Part shown: positions 37,322 to 47,786 of the stretch, in pieces
How the letters are laid out: every line of letters starts with the position of its first letter
Numbering within the stretch: position 1 is the first letter of the stretch
NCBI GenBank assembly: GCA_022839445.1
Contig: JALHFC010000006.1
Location: 2,029 to 66,028, forward strand
Direction of reading: 5' to 3'
Source: Pelotomaculum sp.
GTDB taxonomy: Bacteria > Bacillota > Desulfotomaculia > Desulfotomaculales > Pelotomaculaceae
Length of the DNA stretch: 64,000 nt
Program-made: the position numbers and the translations under genes
Notes under the pieces: model-generated
The model's input: only the letters and a program-made list of their open reading frames with translations
The model's database searches: none
Told to the model about the DNA's origin: nothing

Positions 37322-38914
37322 TTAGTTTGCGGCATTCCCTGCCGCTATATTACCGTTTTTAGACAGGCCTGGCGACGGGGCCGGTTTTTTAGCCTTTTTT
37401 CCGGGTTTGCCGAGAAAGAACCCGCACGGTATGGCTATTAGGATAAAGATTGTGGCTAGAATAAAAGTGTCGTCTATGGCACGGACCATAGATTCCCGGG
37501 CGACAGCTGCGCTGATGACGGACAACGCGGCGCTACCGGCGCCCGATCCTACCCCGGCACCCGCAAGGTAGCCTTGTAACTGGCTGACTATAGAGGCGGC
37601 GTGGGAGTCTATGGATATGGATTCCGATAGGCGGGCATAGTGGAAGACCTGCCTGTTTTGCATTGTAGCGGTAAGTATGGCTATACCAAAGGAGCCTGCT
37701 ACCTGGCGAATAACATTATTTAAGGCGGAAGCCCTTGCGATTTGGTTCATGGGGACGGTGTTCATGCCGGCGGTAGTGACCGGCATCATGGCCAGGCCCA
37801 TGCCGATGGACCTGAATACCGTGTCAAAGATTATTTTGGCGTTACTTGTATTAATATTGATGTGGTGCAAATTCCACGTTCCCCAAGCTGTAATGATCAG
37901 TCCTACTACAACCAGGGTTTTAGCTCCGAAGCGGTCGAACAGGAAACCACTGATTGGCATCATTACAGCTGTTGCCAGGGCGGCCGGCATCAGTAGCAGG
38001 CCGGTGTCAAAAGGTGTAAGCAACATCAGGTTCTGAGTGAAAAGGGGTATTAAAAACACCCCGCCAAAAAGCCCGATTGTGATCATGCTGCCGGCAAAGA
38101 CACTTATGGAAAACACAGTATTTTTAAACAGCCTTAAGTTTAGCATCGGGTTTTCTTGGGTGAGTTCAACAATAATAAACAGGAGCAGGGCAAAGAATGA
38201 GAAGACGAAAAGGGTAACAATATAAAACGATGTCCAGCCTTCCTTGTGGCCTTGACTCAACGCCAGGAGTAGGGTAAAACAACCTGCCGTGGACAGGAGA
38301 AAACCCGGGACGTCTAGTTTTGAGCCCTTTTGTAGCGGGCTTTCAGGTAGCAAAAGGTGGACCAGGACTACGCCGATAATTCCTACGGGAACGTTGATCG
38401 TGAAAAGAAACCGCCAGTTGAAATGATCGACGATATAACCGCCCAGGGTGGGGCCTATGGCCGGTGCGCATACTGCCGCCATACCCCAGACGCCCAGAGC
38501 AAGTCCTATTTTTTCCCTGGGCACGATCCTGTATACGATGGCCATGCTGATGGGCATCATCGCCCCGCCACCGATCCCCTGGATCACCCTGGCCGCCACC
38601 ATCGATCCGTTGTTCCAGGCTAGGCTGCACAGCACGGAGCCTGCTGTGAAAATTAACATAGAAACCAGGTAAACCCGCTTCGTGCCAAGCCTGTCGCCGA
38701 GATAACCGGAAACCGGGATAACCATTCCTGAAACAAGCATATATGCAGTTAAAATCCACTGGATTTTGTCAGCCTGTACACCAAAAATGGCCATCAATTT
38801 GGGGAGCGCTACGTTTATGGAGCTATTATTTAGTATAGCAGCGAAAGCGCCGATTACTACTACCATTAGCGGTACCCAGAACGAATCCCGGTTGGCTGTA
38901 CTTTGTTGTTCCAC
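37322..38914 (-). CDS. MFS transporter, DHA2 (EmrB/QacA-like, 14 TM) drug/H+ antiporter
   Basis: 530 aa; N-terminal LNNSSINVALPKL, motif GYLGDRLGTKRV and a 14-TM profile. Confidence 0.88.
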   Translation of the reverse strand: MEQQSTANRDSFWVPLMVVVIGAFAAILNNSSINVALPKLMAIFGVQADKIQWILTAYMLVSGMVIPVSGYLGDRLGTKRVYLVSMLIFTAGSVLCSLAWNNGSMVAARVIQGIGGGAMMPISMAIVYRIVPREKIGLALGVWGMAAVCAPAIGPTLGGYIVDHFNWRFLFTINVPVGIIGVVLVHLLLPESPLQKGSKLDVPGFLLSTAGCFTLLLALSQGHKEGWTSFYIVTLFVFSFFALLLFIIVELTQENPMLNLRLFKNTVFSISVFAGSMITIGLFGGVFLIPLFTQNLMLLTPFDTGLLLMPAALATAVMMPISGFLFDRFGAKTLVVVGLIITAWGTWNLHHININTSNAKIIFDTVFRSIGMGLAMMPVTTAGMNTVPMNQIARASALNNVIRQVAGSFGIAILTATMQNRQVFHYARLSESISIDSHAASIVSQLQGYLAGAGVGSGAGSAALSVISAAVARESMVRAIDDTFILATIFILIAIPCGFFLGKPGKKAKKPAPSPGLSKNGNIAAGNAAN

Positions 38915-39071
38915 AAGGGCACCCCTTGCCGTTACTATTTAAGATACTAAACAACCGGCGCATTTAATTATTAACAAACTAAATAATACCACCTTACTTA
39001 GGCGTTGTCTATCTATTAGATTAATAACCGGCAAAGCAGGCTGTTATCTTGCAGTACCGGCTTTTTTTAAA

Positions 39072-40180
39072 TTAACCCCGGATGAAGTAGTCCATCAATT
39101 CATGCCCGGGGATTACTAAGCCGCTACTTGCCGCGGCATCTTCGCTAAAGGTCTGGATTTCGTTTTTGTTGTCTTGCCCTTTGGTGTAGATGGCAAACGG
39201 CACCGGATCGTTTGAATGAGTTAAGGTGCTGATTGGGGTTGGATGGTCAGGCAGCAGCGCTATTTTATAGGTATCGTATTGATTAAGTCCTTCTAAAATC
39301 ATGCCCAGCACCGAATCCACCATTTCAATGGCCTTAATCTTGGTTTCGACCTCTCCCCTGTGTGACGCCGCGTCCGGCGCCTCAATGTGGACATAAATGA
39401 AATCCTTGCCCTTTGCCAGTTCATTCATGGCGGCCAGCACATCCAGGCCGGCGCAGGCACCGATACCTTTGATCAGGTCGACTGCCGATATTACGGATCC
39501 GGTAAGGCGGTACTTGTCATAAAACTTTGGCAGCGCGGGTTTTTTCCCCTGGCCCCAGAACCAAATGGCATTAGCCGGTCTTAATCCCGTCGCGATCCTT
39601 TTCTGGTTGACCGGATGGCCGGATAAAAATGTATTGCTTTCCTTCATTAAACGTAAAAGTGTTTCGCTGCCCTCGGCTTTGGGCAGGTGAGGCGCGATAA
39701 CCCGTCCTGATATGTCATGGGGCGGTGTGAGGTCCGTGCCGGTGGTCCCGCCTTTCCACACCAGGAGGTGCCTGAATCCAAATCCGGCGTGAAAACACAA
39801 TTCCTCGTTGCCGAGGCGTATATTGACTTCCCTGATTAATTCCCCGGACTCGCGGGTTGTGATTTCGTCGGCGCTATAATCCACCATTATTTTATCTTCA
39901 TAGATGTCCTCTCCGGAAAGCGTAACCAGGTCGCTTCCAGGGGAGAACGTCCGGTATAGTATTTTTGCGGGTCATACCCCATCACCGAAAGGTTGGCAAC
40001 GTCACTCCCCGGGGGAAATCCTTCCGGTACAGTCACGGCCATTCCGATTTTTCCTTTGGATGCCAGGAAGTCCATGTTAGGTGTGCGGGCATACTGAAGG
40101 GGTGTTTTCCCGTCCAGACCGGCTATTTCCTTGTCGGCCATACCGTCGCCCAGTAAAACCACATATTTCATAGCAGTCAC
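39072..40180 (-). pseudogene. apgM: cofactor-independent phosphoglycerate mutase (ApgM type), disrupted by a ~50-nt deletion/frameshift
   Basis: ORF 40180-39887 ends ...[14 protein letters not shown] then goes out of frame. The other frame resumes [25 protein letters not shown]... (39887-39072). The family segment between PLEA and (C)NLVTLS, about 17 aa, is missing. The junction is at about 39926-39937. Confidence 0.8.
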
Positions 40181-40308
40181 CTTCTATTATAGTTTATAGC
40201 GAAAATACTCCTATTTATTTTACCCGGAAACGCTGTTTAATCGTGGTTTTTATAGTGTTGATTTTCCCTCCGGCAGTGATAAAATGATCAGGAAAGGAGG
40301 GTGCTGCG

Positions 40309-41605
40309 ATGACTGCGATGAAAGAGATGCTAATTTTATCCCCAACGGCTATCCTTGGGTATGGATTTCCGCTTGATTCGTTCTATGAGGGTTTAAAAGA
40401 GCGACCTCATGCCATAGCCGTAGATGCGGGTTCTACCGACCCGGGCCCGTATTACCTGGGCGCCGGGGAATCTTTTACAAACCGGAATGCTGTAAAGCGG
40501 GATCTGGAATTAATTATGGAAGCTGCGGTTAGCCGTAAAATACCGAGAACCCCACTTGAAAAGAGATTATGATCTCATAATGGAGGTATCGCGGCGGAAG
40601 AACCTGCATTTCAGGCTGGCCTTGATTCACGCCGAAGTAGGCAGGGAAAGGGTCAGGAGATCCCTGAGAGAAGGTAAAGTCGTGCCTTTGGGTCCCGCGC
40701 CGCCCCTGCAAGAGGAAGATTTGGACAACACGGTCAGGATTGTAGGGCAGATGGGCGTTGAGCCACTGACAGGCGCGCTGGAGGCCGGAGCGGATGTGGT
40801 TGTGGCCGGCCGGGCATACGATCCGTCAGTTTTTGCCGCCCCCCATATGGGCAAGATTTTGGAATGCGGCGCCATTGCCGCCATACCTGGCAGCGGCAGC
40901 GACTGCCTCATGGGATGTCTGGGGGAGGAGTATTTCGAGGTTTGGCCGTTGAACCCGGTCAGGTGCTGTACGGTTACCTCTGTGGCCGCCCATACCTTGT
41001 ATGAAAAAACCAACCCGCTTTTACTGCCTGGTCCCGGGGGTTATCTGGACCTGAAAGAGGCAAAGTTTACGCAGGTGAGTGAAAACCGGGTAAGGGTGAC
41101 GGGGAGCAAGTTTATCCCTTCGGACAGGTATACTGTCAAACTGGAAGGTGTGAAGAAGGCCGGTTACAGGACAGTTAGCATCGCCGGTTGCCGCGACCCG
41201 GTCATGGTAAGGGAAATCGACCGGGTGACCGGGTTGGTAAAAGAAAGGACACGGGATAATTTCGCCGCTGCAGGTTATGAATATACCCTCGATTTTAAGC
41301 TATATGGCATAAACGGTGTGATGGGGAAGCTGGAGCCGGAGCAGGCTCCTCACCCTCGTGAACTTGGTGTCGTAATTGAGGCTGTGGCCCAAACTCAGGA
41401 AGTTGCCGACACTATCTGCAGCTTTGCCCGGTCAACTATGCTCCACTGCAGTTATCCCGGCCGTATTGCCACGGCCGGCAACCTGGCTTTCCCGTTCTCA
41501 CCGTCGGATTTCAGGGGTGGGGAGGTATACCGGTTCAGTGTCTACCACCTAATGGAAGTGGACGATCCTTTTGAGCTTTTTCCGATGGAAATGATAGATG
41601 TTTAA
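40309..41605 (+). pseudogene. AtuA-like (DUF1446) protein, disrupted by a short deletion/frameshift
   Basis: ORF1 (40309-40572) reaches ...EAAVSRKIP. ORF2's frame reads EPHLKRDYDLIMEVSRRKNLHFRLALIHAE... to 41605. The expected Gly-rich block (about 10 aa, ...IIGSAGG...) is missing. The junction is at about 40546. Confidence 0.65.
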
Positions 41606-41628
41606 TTAAATATTAAGGATGAATAATA

Positions 41629-41955
41629 ATGAGATACATAAAAATTACAGATCTGGCCAGTGTAATCCGCAGTAAAAATGCCGGTCCCTATGAACTGACT
41701 CTCGATATTATCTTTAATAGCAAGGAATCTTTTGAGCTGGCCCGGCGGTCGGGGATGTTTAAACATGAGCTGTTTGCAAAACTGTACGGTATCGATATTG
41801 AAAATGTAATAGGTGTGGTGGAGTTCGAGCCGGCCAACGCTATCAAGGCGACGATCAAACGCCCGGTCGTTTCCGGTGCGCTAGGTGAGACCGATGTTTA
41901 CGGCTCACAGCAGCACGCCCCGCTTCTCGGACTGGAGGTGCCGGTAGGAAATTAA
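41629..41955 (+). CDS. DUF4387 protein (usual partner of AtuA-like proteins)
   Basis: 108 aa; IRSKNAGPYELTLDIIF and TDVYGSQQH patterns. It lies immediately downstream of the AtuA-like gene. Confidence 0.75.
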   Translation: MRYIKITDLASVIRSKNAGPYELTLDIIFNSKESFELARRSGMFKHELFAKLYGIDIENVIGVVEFEPANAIKATIKRPVVSGALGETDVYGSQQHAPLLGLEVPVGN

Positions 41956-42190
41956 AGTGCCGGATTAAGTAAAACGCCCGAGGGGTTACGATGAACCACA
42001 CGGTGAATAAACTTAAATACACATGAAATAAACTAAAGAGGTGATTGCTTCGGGCCGGCGTATTGGTTAATTTGCCCGGTGGGTTTCCATGCGCTGGGGT
42101 TGGCAATATAGAGACCGTATAAATATGTAATATAGTGCTGACCCCCCAGGTTGCAGGAAACGAATTTGTTTTTGCCTTAGGTGAATGTTA

Positions 42191-43354
42191 TCAAGCCGTA
42201 GTATGAGCGTATTGTTTTAACCGTTTCCTTGCAGCCGTCAGGGTGACCGTTAACACAACGGCGCCCAGTAGGTAGGGCATATTTGCGCTCAAGTCAAAGA
42301 ACGCGCCCCCGGTTATTGGACCGAGAATGCGGCCCAGGCTGTCGAAAGACTGCATTATTCCTACCGAAGCGCCCTGCCCGTCGCCGGCAGTTTTTGTTAC
42401 AAGTGACGAAACGCTGGGGCGTAACAGGGAGTTCCCGGCGCTGAACACACAGGCGAAGGCAACCAGCGCGGCCACGCTGGGCGCCGCCAGGAGCAGCAAA
42501 AAGCCTAATATGGAAATGGCAATGCCGGAAATAATCACCCTGGCGTCACCGAAACTCTTGACCAGCCTGCCAATCAGCCCGGCCTGAATAGCAACGCTCA
42601 GCACACCAAGAATGGTAAAAAATATTCCCATTTCCCTGGGGCCAAACCCTACCCGCGCTGCTGCAAAGAGAGCAAAGGTGCTTTCAAACATGGCCATGGT
42701 AAAGCTAACTATAAAGGCCAGGGCGAAAAGGGGAAACTGTGGGTTTTTAAAAACATCCAGGCTTAGTTTGCGCCCTGTGCTACGGGGTTGGCCGCCGGGT
42801 GACAGAGATTCCGGCAGCAGGAAGTAAGCAAAGGGGAGAGTAAGTAGAGCCAGCCCCCCGGCGACAAAAAAAGGCATGGAAAAACCGTAGTGGCCCAGCC
42901 ACCCTCCCATGGCAGGCCCGAAGATCATGCCCAGTCCCATTGCCGCCCCCATTATGCCCATGCCCCCGGCCCTGTTTTCGCTGTCGGTAATATCAGCGAT
43001 ATAGGCCATCGCCGTAGGTAGGGTGGCCGAGGAGATCATACCTGACAGCAATCGTGCCGCAAACAGCATCCATAAGTGGGTGGAAAGGCCGAACATTATA
43101 AAGGTAATGCCGTACCCGCTCAAGCCGATCAATAGCACCGGGCGTCGACCGATCCGGTCGGAAAGCCTTCCCCACATGGGCGCAAAAAAGAATTGCATCA
43201 GAGAGTATGATGCCATCAGAAAACCCAGCGCCGTAGGACTGCCGTTTAAGTGCACTACGAAAAAAGGCAGGAGCGGGATAATAATCCCGAAGCCGACCAT
43301 AACCAGAAACAGGCTGGTGAACAGGACGGCTATCTCCTTGCTGTGGTTTTTCAT
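42191..43354 (-). CDS. MFS transporter, DHA1 (12 TM) family
   Basis: Motif A GRLSDRIGRRPVLL and a 12-TM profile. ATG 43354 follows GAGGAGG; the ORF extends to 43375. Confidence 0.85.
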   Translation of the reverse strand: MKNHSKEIAVLFTSLFLVMVGFGIIIPLLPFFVVHLNGSPTALGFLMASYSLMQFFFAPMWGRLSDRIGRRPVLLIGLSGYGITFIMFGLSTHLWMLFAARLLSGMISSATLPTAMAYIADITDSENRAGGMGIMGAAMGLGMIFGPAMGGWLGHYGFSMPFFVAGGLALLTLPFAYFLLPESLSPGGQPRSTGRKLSLDVFKNPQFPLFALAFIVSFTMAMFESTFALFAAARVGFGPREMGIFFTILGVLSVAIQAGLIGRLVKSFGDARVIISGIAISILGFLLLLAAPSVAALVAFACVFSAGNSLLRPSVSSLVTKTAGDGQGASVGIMQSFDSLGRILGPITGGAFFDLSANMPYLLGAVVLTVTLTAARKRLKQYAHTTA

Positions 43355-43388
43355 GTAACCGGGCGACCTCCTCACATCAGAGTTAAAT

Positions 43389-45074
43389 TTACACGGGACT
43401 ATTTAAGGTGCGCTCCCTTAAAAAATTCGCCAGTTCCCCGTCCCGTATTAGCCTGGGTATTTTTAGTTGGTTTGCTGAAGCTCCCTTTTCCATAAGTATC
43501 TTTGCCAAGCGATCAAAAGTTCCTGCCTTAACAAATATTAATTTGAGAGGCGCGATGCGTCCCGCCCGGCGGGCGGCCAGATAACGTGGATTGGCCCGGC
43601 CAATAGTCTCCTCCAGGATACCGGGGCAGCGGGTTGCGCCGGACAGCCCTGCCGGATTATTCACTTCTACAAAAAAGATATACCTTCCCGGGGAGATATC
43701 GTAATCCGCCATAGTGGTAAAATCAACAAGTTCGTGTCCCCATTGCTTAACGGCTTGTGACAGGGCGCGGCAGACAGCCTGCTCGGACGTTTTTTCACCG
43801 GCTAGGTTGATCAACTGGCCTCGCCGGTACAAAAACTCGATCACCGGGCTTTGGTGATAGTAGCCGGTCATTTTTACAATGTCCCCGAGCCGGTAGCGGT
43901 AGAGGCCTGCCAAATTGGTAACTACCACTTCGTATTTTTTCCCTGCGGACAACTGATCCAGGTCCAGTGCGACGGGGTTGGGGCTATCCATCTCATTAAA
44001 AGGTATAAACTCGTGGTAGGCCGTTCGGGGTGTGACAACATAGCTGGGCTCTCCCGGCTTCAGACTGACGCCGATGATGGCCTCCGTCGAGGCGTATACC
44101 GCAGAGTGGATAGGCAAATCAAGAATATAAAAACGTAATTTATCAACATAAATGCTAAAATCGCCGCCGGCCACACAATTCAGATAAAGCAGGCCGGGCC
44201 AGACTCGTTTGGCAATCCCCTCAAAGCCGCGCTCAAATTCCTTGTCTATGGCATCAGCCCTGGCCGGATTAGGGTGCAATTTCTTTTCCAGGCAACTTCT
44301 TATTTGCGGGTCTAAATCCATGCCTTTGGAAATCGTTCCCCTGGCAATGTCTTCAACCAGGTTTTCGCCGGTTTTTTCCATATGTTTAAAAAGATTAAGA
44401 ACATGGGCGGTAAAAGTTGAACCGATATACATTAGATTTTTTTCCTTTAAGGCAAATAAAAGGTGCAGGTAATTGGCGTCCGGTTGATTGGTTATCTGTA
44501 AAATTTCCGGTGGCGAGGTCCAAAGATAAGGTATGACCCGCTTCATTGACATCATTCCCCCGGATGTGCCTGCTCCCGTGGGTATGCCGCCCCTGGTTAA
44601 GCCCGACGTAACCGTGTTCATCAGGATCAGTCCCTTGTCGAAGCGGCGTGAATCTGGGATGGTATTGAACAAGACGCCTTGGATTAACAGGCCCATGTGC
44701 CCAGATACTACCCGGCGGGCGCGGGAAGTAATGGGTATCAGTTTTTGGCTGCCCGTGGTTCCGGAAGTAAGTCCGAAATATTTAACCGGTTCGGAGGTTA
44801 GTATATTGCACTTGCCTTCAGCCATTTTGTCAATATATTCTTTATAATCTTCATAAGTGGCCAGGGGGACGGCAGCTTTGTATTCTTGTTTCGTTAATAT
44901 TTGAGCAAAATTGTAACGGCGGCCGTATTCGGTGTCTTTATTTATATCCAGGATATTTTTTAAGACACTTTCATTCACTGCCATGGCCCGGCGGGTATCC
45001 CCGTCAAATCTCTTCCAGTAAGCGCCGGCGGCAGTATTCATGGCAAAACCAACTGCTTTTTGTAAGATGCCCAT
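43389..45074 (-). CDS. GH3-family acyl-acid amido synthetase homologue
   Basis: 561 aa with the three GH3/ANL motifs: LTSGTTGSQKLIP, VYASTEAIIG and YRYRLGDIV. Confidence 0.85.
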   Translation of the reverse strand: MGILQKAVGFAMNTAAGAYWKRFDGDTRRAMAVNESVLKNILDINKDTEYGRRYNFAQILTKQEYKAAVPLATYEDYKEYIDKMAEGKCNILTSEPVKYFGLTSGTTGSQKLIPITSRARRVVSGHMGLLIQGVLFNTIPDSRRFDKGLILMNTVTSGLTRGGIPTGAGTSGGMMSMKRVIPYLWTSPPEILQITNQPDANYLHLLFALKEKNLMYIGSTFTAHVLNLFKHMEKTGENLVEDIARGTISKGMDLDPQIRSCLEKKLHPNPARADAIDKEFERGFEGIAKRVWPGLLYLNCVAGGDFSIYVDKLRFYILDLPIHSAVYASTEAIIGVSLKPGEPSYVVTPRTAYHEFIPFNEMDSPNPVALDLDQLSAGKKYEVVVTNLAGLYRYRLGDIVKMTGYYHQSPVIEFLYRRGQLINLAGEKTSEQAVCRALSQAVKQWGHELVDFTTMADYDISPGRYIFFVEVNNPAGLSGATRCPGILEETIGRANPRYLAARRAGRIAPLKLIFVKAGTFDRLAKILMEKGASANQLKIPRLIRDGELANFLRERTLNSPV

Positions 45075-45393
45075 AATGTGTTAACTCCTAGCCGGGGAGA
45101 GTACATCTACAGCCATATACTTCACCCCATTAATAGTTTATTAGGTAAACTATATACCAATAAATCAGATGTGTAAATAAAAATTTGCCAGGATAATGAT
45201 TCCAATAAGATCGGCTGCCGGGCTTTCAAATGATTGACCGGCAGTTTATAGTAAACTTTCTCCAGTGTTTTATCCGTTCAGCTATTTCACAACGGGCTTA
45301 TTTATGGTAACGTATTGTGAAAGGGTAGATTTGGGAGGTGATTAAAAATCAGTAACGTGCGCCAAATGAAAACATTTTAAGGAGGAAAGCTTG

Positions 45394-47019
45394 ATGAGAA
45401 AAAGTAAATATGCGCTTATGCTGGTCTGCCTGGTTCTGTGTGTCGGTATTGTCGCTTATGCTGCAAACGCCCAGACTCCAGTTTCGGCAAAACAGCTGCT
45501 GCTTGAAAAGCTACAAAGCACTGATTTCGGCGCGGGAAGCGACCTTGCCCAAACTGCTTCGGGCAAGGCCAGTTACCGAATTACAGCGATTAGCGGTGAT
45601 CTGGTTTCAAGCATCGAGCCTTTTATTAAATTAACGGGAACAGAGCTGGTATTGGATTATAAGATTAATTCCCCTCAAAAGAAGCTTGAAGCGAATTACA
45701 ACCTGGCGCTGGATAAGGACAACTATAAGGGCAGCATGTTTTTGGATAACGATAAGGTGATATTTTCAACTGAAATACTGCCTTTTATAAAGAAATTCGA
45801 CCCCAGCTTAGATTTTGGGGAGAGGGGGATTCCCCAATACGCATATATTGCGGACAAGAATATGGCCAGGTCCTGGGACAACGCGATCAAGGGTCAGTAC
45901 TTCCCGCCGGAAATTAAAGATCTTCTGATATTTGTATTTGAAGCCGTGCCCGATAAATATTTCACCATTTCATTAGTCAACCAAAAAGTTAGCTTTAGTA
46001 TAGATCAGAAAGGATTCGAAGATACCCTTCTGTCTGTGTTGCAAAAAATAAAAAACGATAGAGAAAGATTTGCGGCTCTGGTGGCAGGATGCGCTGTAGC
46101 GCTGGATTCAACCCAGAATTACGATCATATTAAATTTGAAATCATGGATAGCCTTGAGGAAAGTATCAGTAGAGGCGATTATCCCGACAGTCTTGATCAA
46201 ATACAAAAAATTCTGACCGGCGCATTTGTTTTAGAGGAACTAAAATATGAAGCTTCATTATTACCTTCGGGTCAAAATAGCCTGCTCATGGCGGCAAATT
46301 TCGGCGGCGATTCGGAATTAAAAGGAATAGTTAACTTGAAAGCTGATTTTACCGGCTCTAAAGATAATTTGACCGGAACGTATACTTTGGATTTAACGGC
46401 AAGGGAGAACGAGGAAAAGATTAGAGTTGACGGCCAGATAAGCGGCGAGTTTAAACAAACCTCTTCCGATGCCACTTCAAGCGGCTTAATTAAAGCCAAT
46501 GTAACAGACTTTAGCGGCAATACAACGCTTTTAAATTTTGAGTTGAAGTCCAACTCCGATTCCAAAGCCGACCGGAACGTCAAAATTAATACACCGGTAT
46601 TAACTGAATCGAACAGTATAAACTTGGGCGAGACTTTTAATGACAATCCTTTTAATGACAATCTTAAAATTTTAGTTGACGGCAAGCGTCTAAATTTTGA
46701 CGTTGAACCGTGTATCCAAAACGGCAGGACAATGGTACCCATAAGACAACTGGCTGAAACACTGGGCTGTGCGGTAGAGTGGGTGGAACCGGATCAGATC
46801 AATATAAACCGTGGTGATACGTCCATCGTCATGTATATCGACAGGCAAGCGTATACGGTCAACGGTGTCGAGAAACTGCTGGACGCGCCCCCGTTTATCA
46901 TGGACGGCAAAAGGACCATGGTGCCGCTGAGATTTATCGCGGAAGAATTGGGTTGTAAAGTTGAGTACGATGCAGCCACAAAAACGGTTTTTATCTTTTC
47001 GGAAAAAGCAGGGTTATAG
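45394..47019 (+). CDS. secreted protein with C-terminal copper-amine-oxidase N-terminal (stalk) domain repeats
   Basis: A signal peptide is present. The C-terminus carries GRTMVPIRQLAETLGCAVEW and KRTMVPLRFIAEELGCKVEY repeats typical of Cu_amine_oxidN1. Confidence 0.8.
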   Translation: MRKSKYALMLVCLVLCVGIVAYAANAQTPVSAKQLLLEKLQSTDFGAGSDLAQTASGKASYRITAISGDLVSSIEPFIKLTGTELVLDYKINSPQKKLEANYNLALDKDNYKGSMFLDNDKVIFSTEILPFIKKFDPSLDFGERGIPQYAYIADKNMARSWDNAIKGQYFPPEIKDLLIFVFEAVPDKYFTISLVNQKVSFSIDQKGFEDTLLSVLQKIKNDRERFAALVAGCAVALDSTQNYDHIKFEIMDSLEESISRGDYPDSLDQIQKILTGAFVLEELKYEASLLPSGQNSLLMAANFGGDSELKGIVNLKADFTGSKDNLTGTYTLDLTARENEEKIRVDGQISGEFKQTSSDATSSGLIKANVTDFSGNTTLLNFELKSNSDSKADRNVKINTPVLTESNSINLGETFNDNPFNDNLKILVDGKRLNFDVEPCIQNGRTMVPIRQLAETLGCAVEWVEPDQININRGDTSIVMYIDRQAYTVNGVEKLLDAPPFIMDGKRTMVPLRFIAEELGCKVEYDAATKTVFIFSEKAGL

Positions 47020-47234
47020 AAACACCTTAATATTTAAGTTTTGTGCGGGGGAAACCGTGAAGACGGCTCCCCTTTTTTTGTATTCATGGAAAGGCGGTGT
47101 ATCATTATATAATCCGGCGTTACATTCTGTGCAGTGCGTCGTCTATAATTTATAGAGTCTTAAAAATGTACGGGTTTTTATATTCAGGTGTGTACCGCCT
47201 GGCTAAAAAGTGGTTTTCCAGGAGAGTGTTTTGG

Positions 47235-47786
47235 GTGGATGCAAAAACAGAACACAATATCAGATCGGGCGCTACCTTTGAGGAGCTATACGACATGCAT
47301 TTTGACGCCGTAAACAGGTATTTGCGCTATCGAATAAGCAACTCCTGGGACGCTGACGACATCACTGCGGTGGTTTTTTTGAAGGCGTTGGAGAATTTTC
47401 ACAAGTACCGGTGGGACGCCCCCTTTGCAGTATGGCTTTTTCGCATCGCCCATAACGCTTACGTTGACTACCTGCGAGGACGCAGGGAAAGGGTTTTTTC
47501 AGAGGATGAGATAGCGCGTCTGTGTGTTGAACCGTCTGCGCCGGAGGAGGAACTACTGCGCAATGAAGAGGTAAGGCAGCTAAGAGAGGTTTTATGGCGG
47601 CTTACCCCGGAACAACGGGACGTGGTTTCTTTGAGATATGCCGGGGAACTGAAATTCGACGAGATTGCCCTTGTGCTGGGAAAAACAAGTTCAGCGGTCC
47701 GGATGGTTCACTACAGGGCGCTAAAAACGCTGCGAGATTATTATTTTAGCGAAGGAGAAGGGGGTGAAAGGATTGCTCACGGGTGA
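47235..47786 (+). CDS. ECF-type RNA polymerase sigma factor
   Basis: Region 2 (FLKALENFHKYR...WLFRIAHNAYVDYLR) and region 4 (LTPEQRDVVSLRYAGELKFDEIALVLGKTSSAVRMVHYRALKTLR). GTG 47235 lies 8 nt after GGAGAG; the ORF is open from 47097. Confidence 0.85.
   Translation: MDAKTEHNIRSGATFEELYDMHFDAVNRYLRYRISNSWDADDITAVVFLKALENFHKYRWDAPFAVWLFRIAHNAYVDYLRGRRERVFSEDEIARLCVEPSAPEEELLRNEEVRQLREVLWRLTPEQRDVVSLRYAGELKFDEIALVLGKTSSAVRMVHYRALKTLRDYYFSEGEGGERIAHG

Noticed and set aside
37126-37335. 69-aa minus-strand ORF and a ~46-codon + strand ORF in the ask/MFS convergent spacer, with a G9 run at 37191-37199
   Set aside because: No RBS or family resemblance was found. The G9 tract is intergenic, as are the G8 tracts at 26796-26803 and about 61225, so a phase-variation role cannot be argued from sequence alone.
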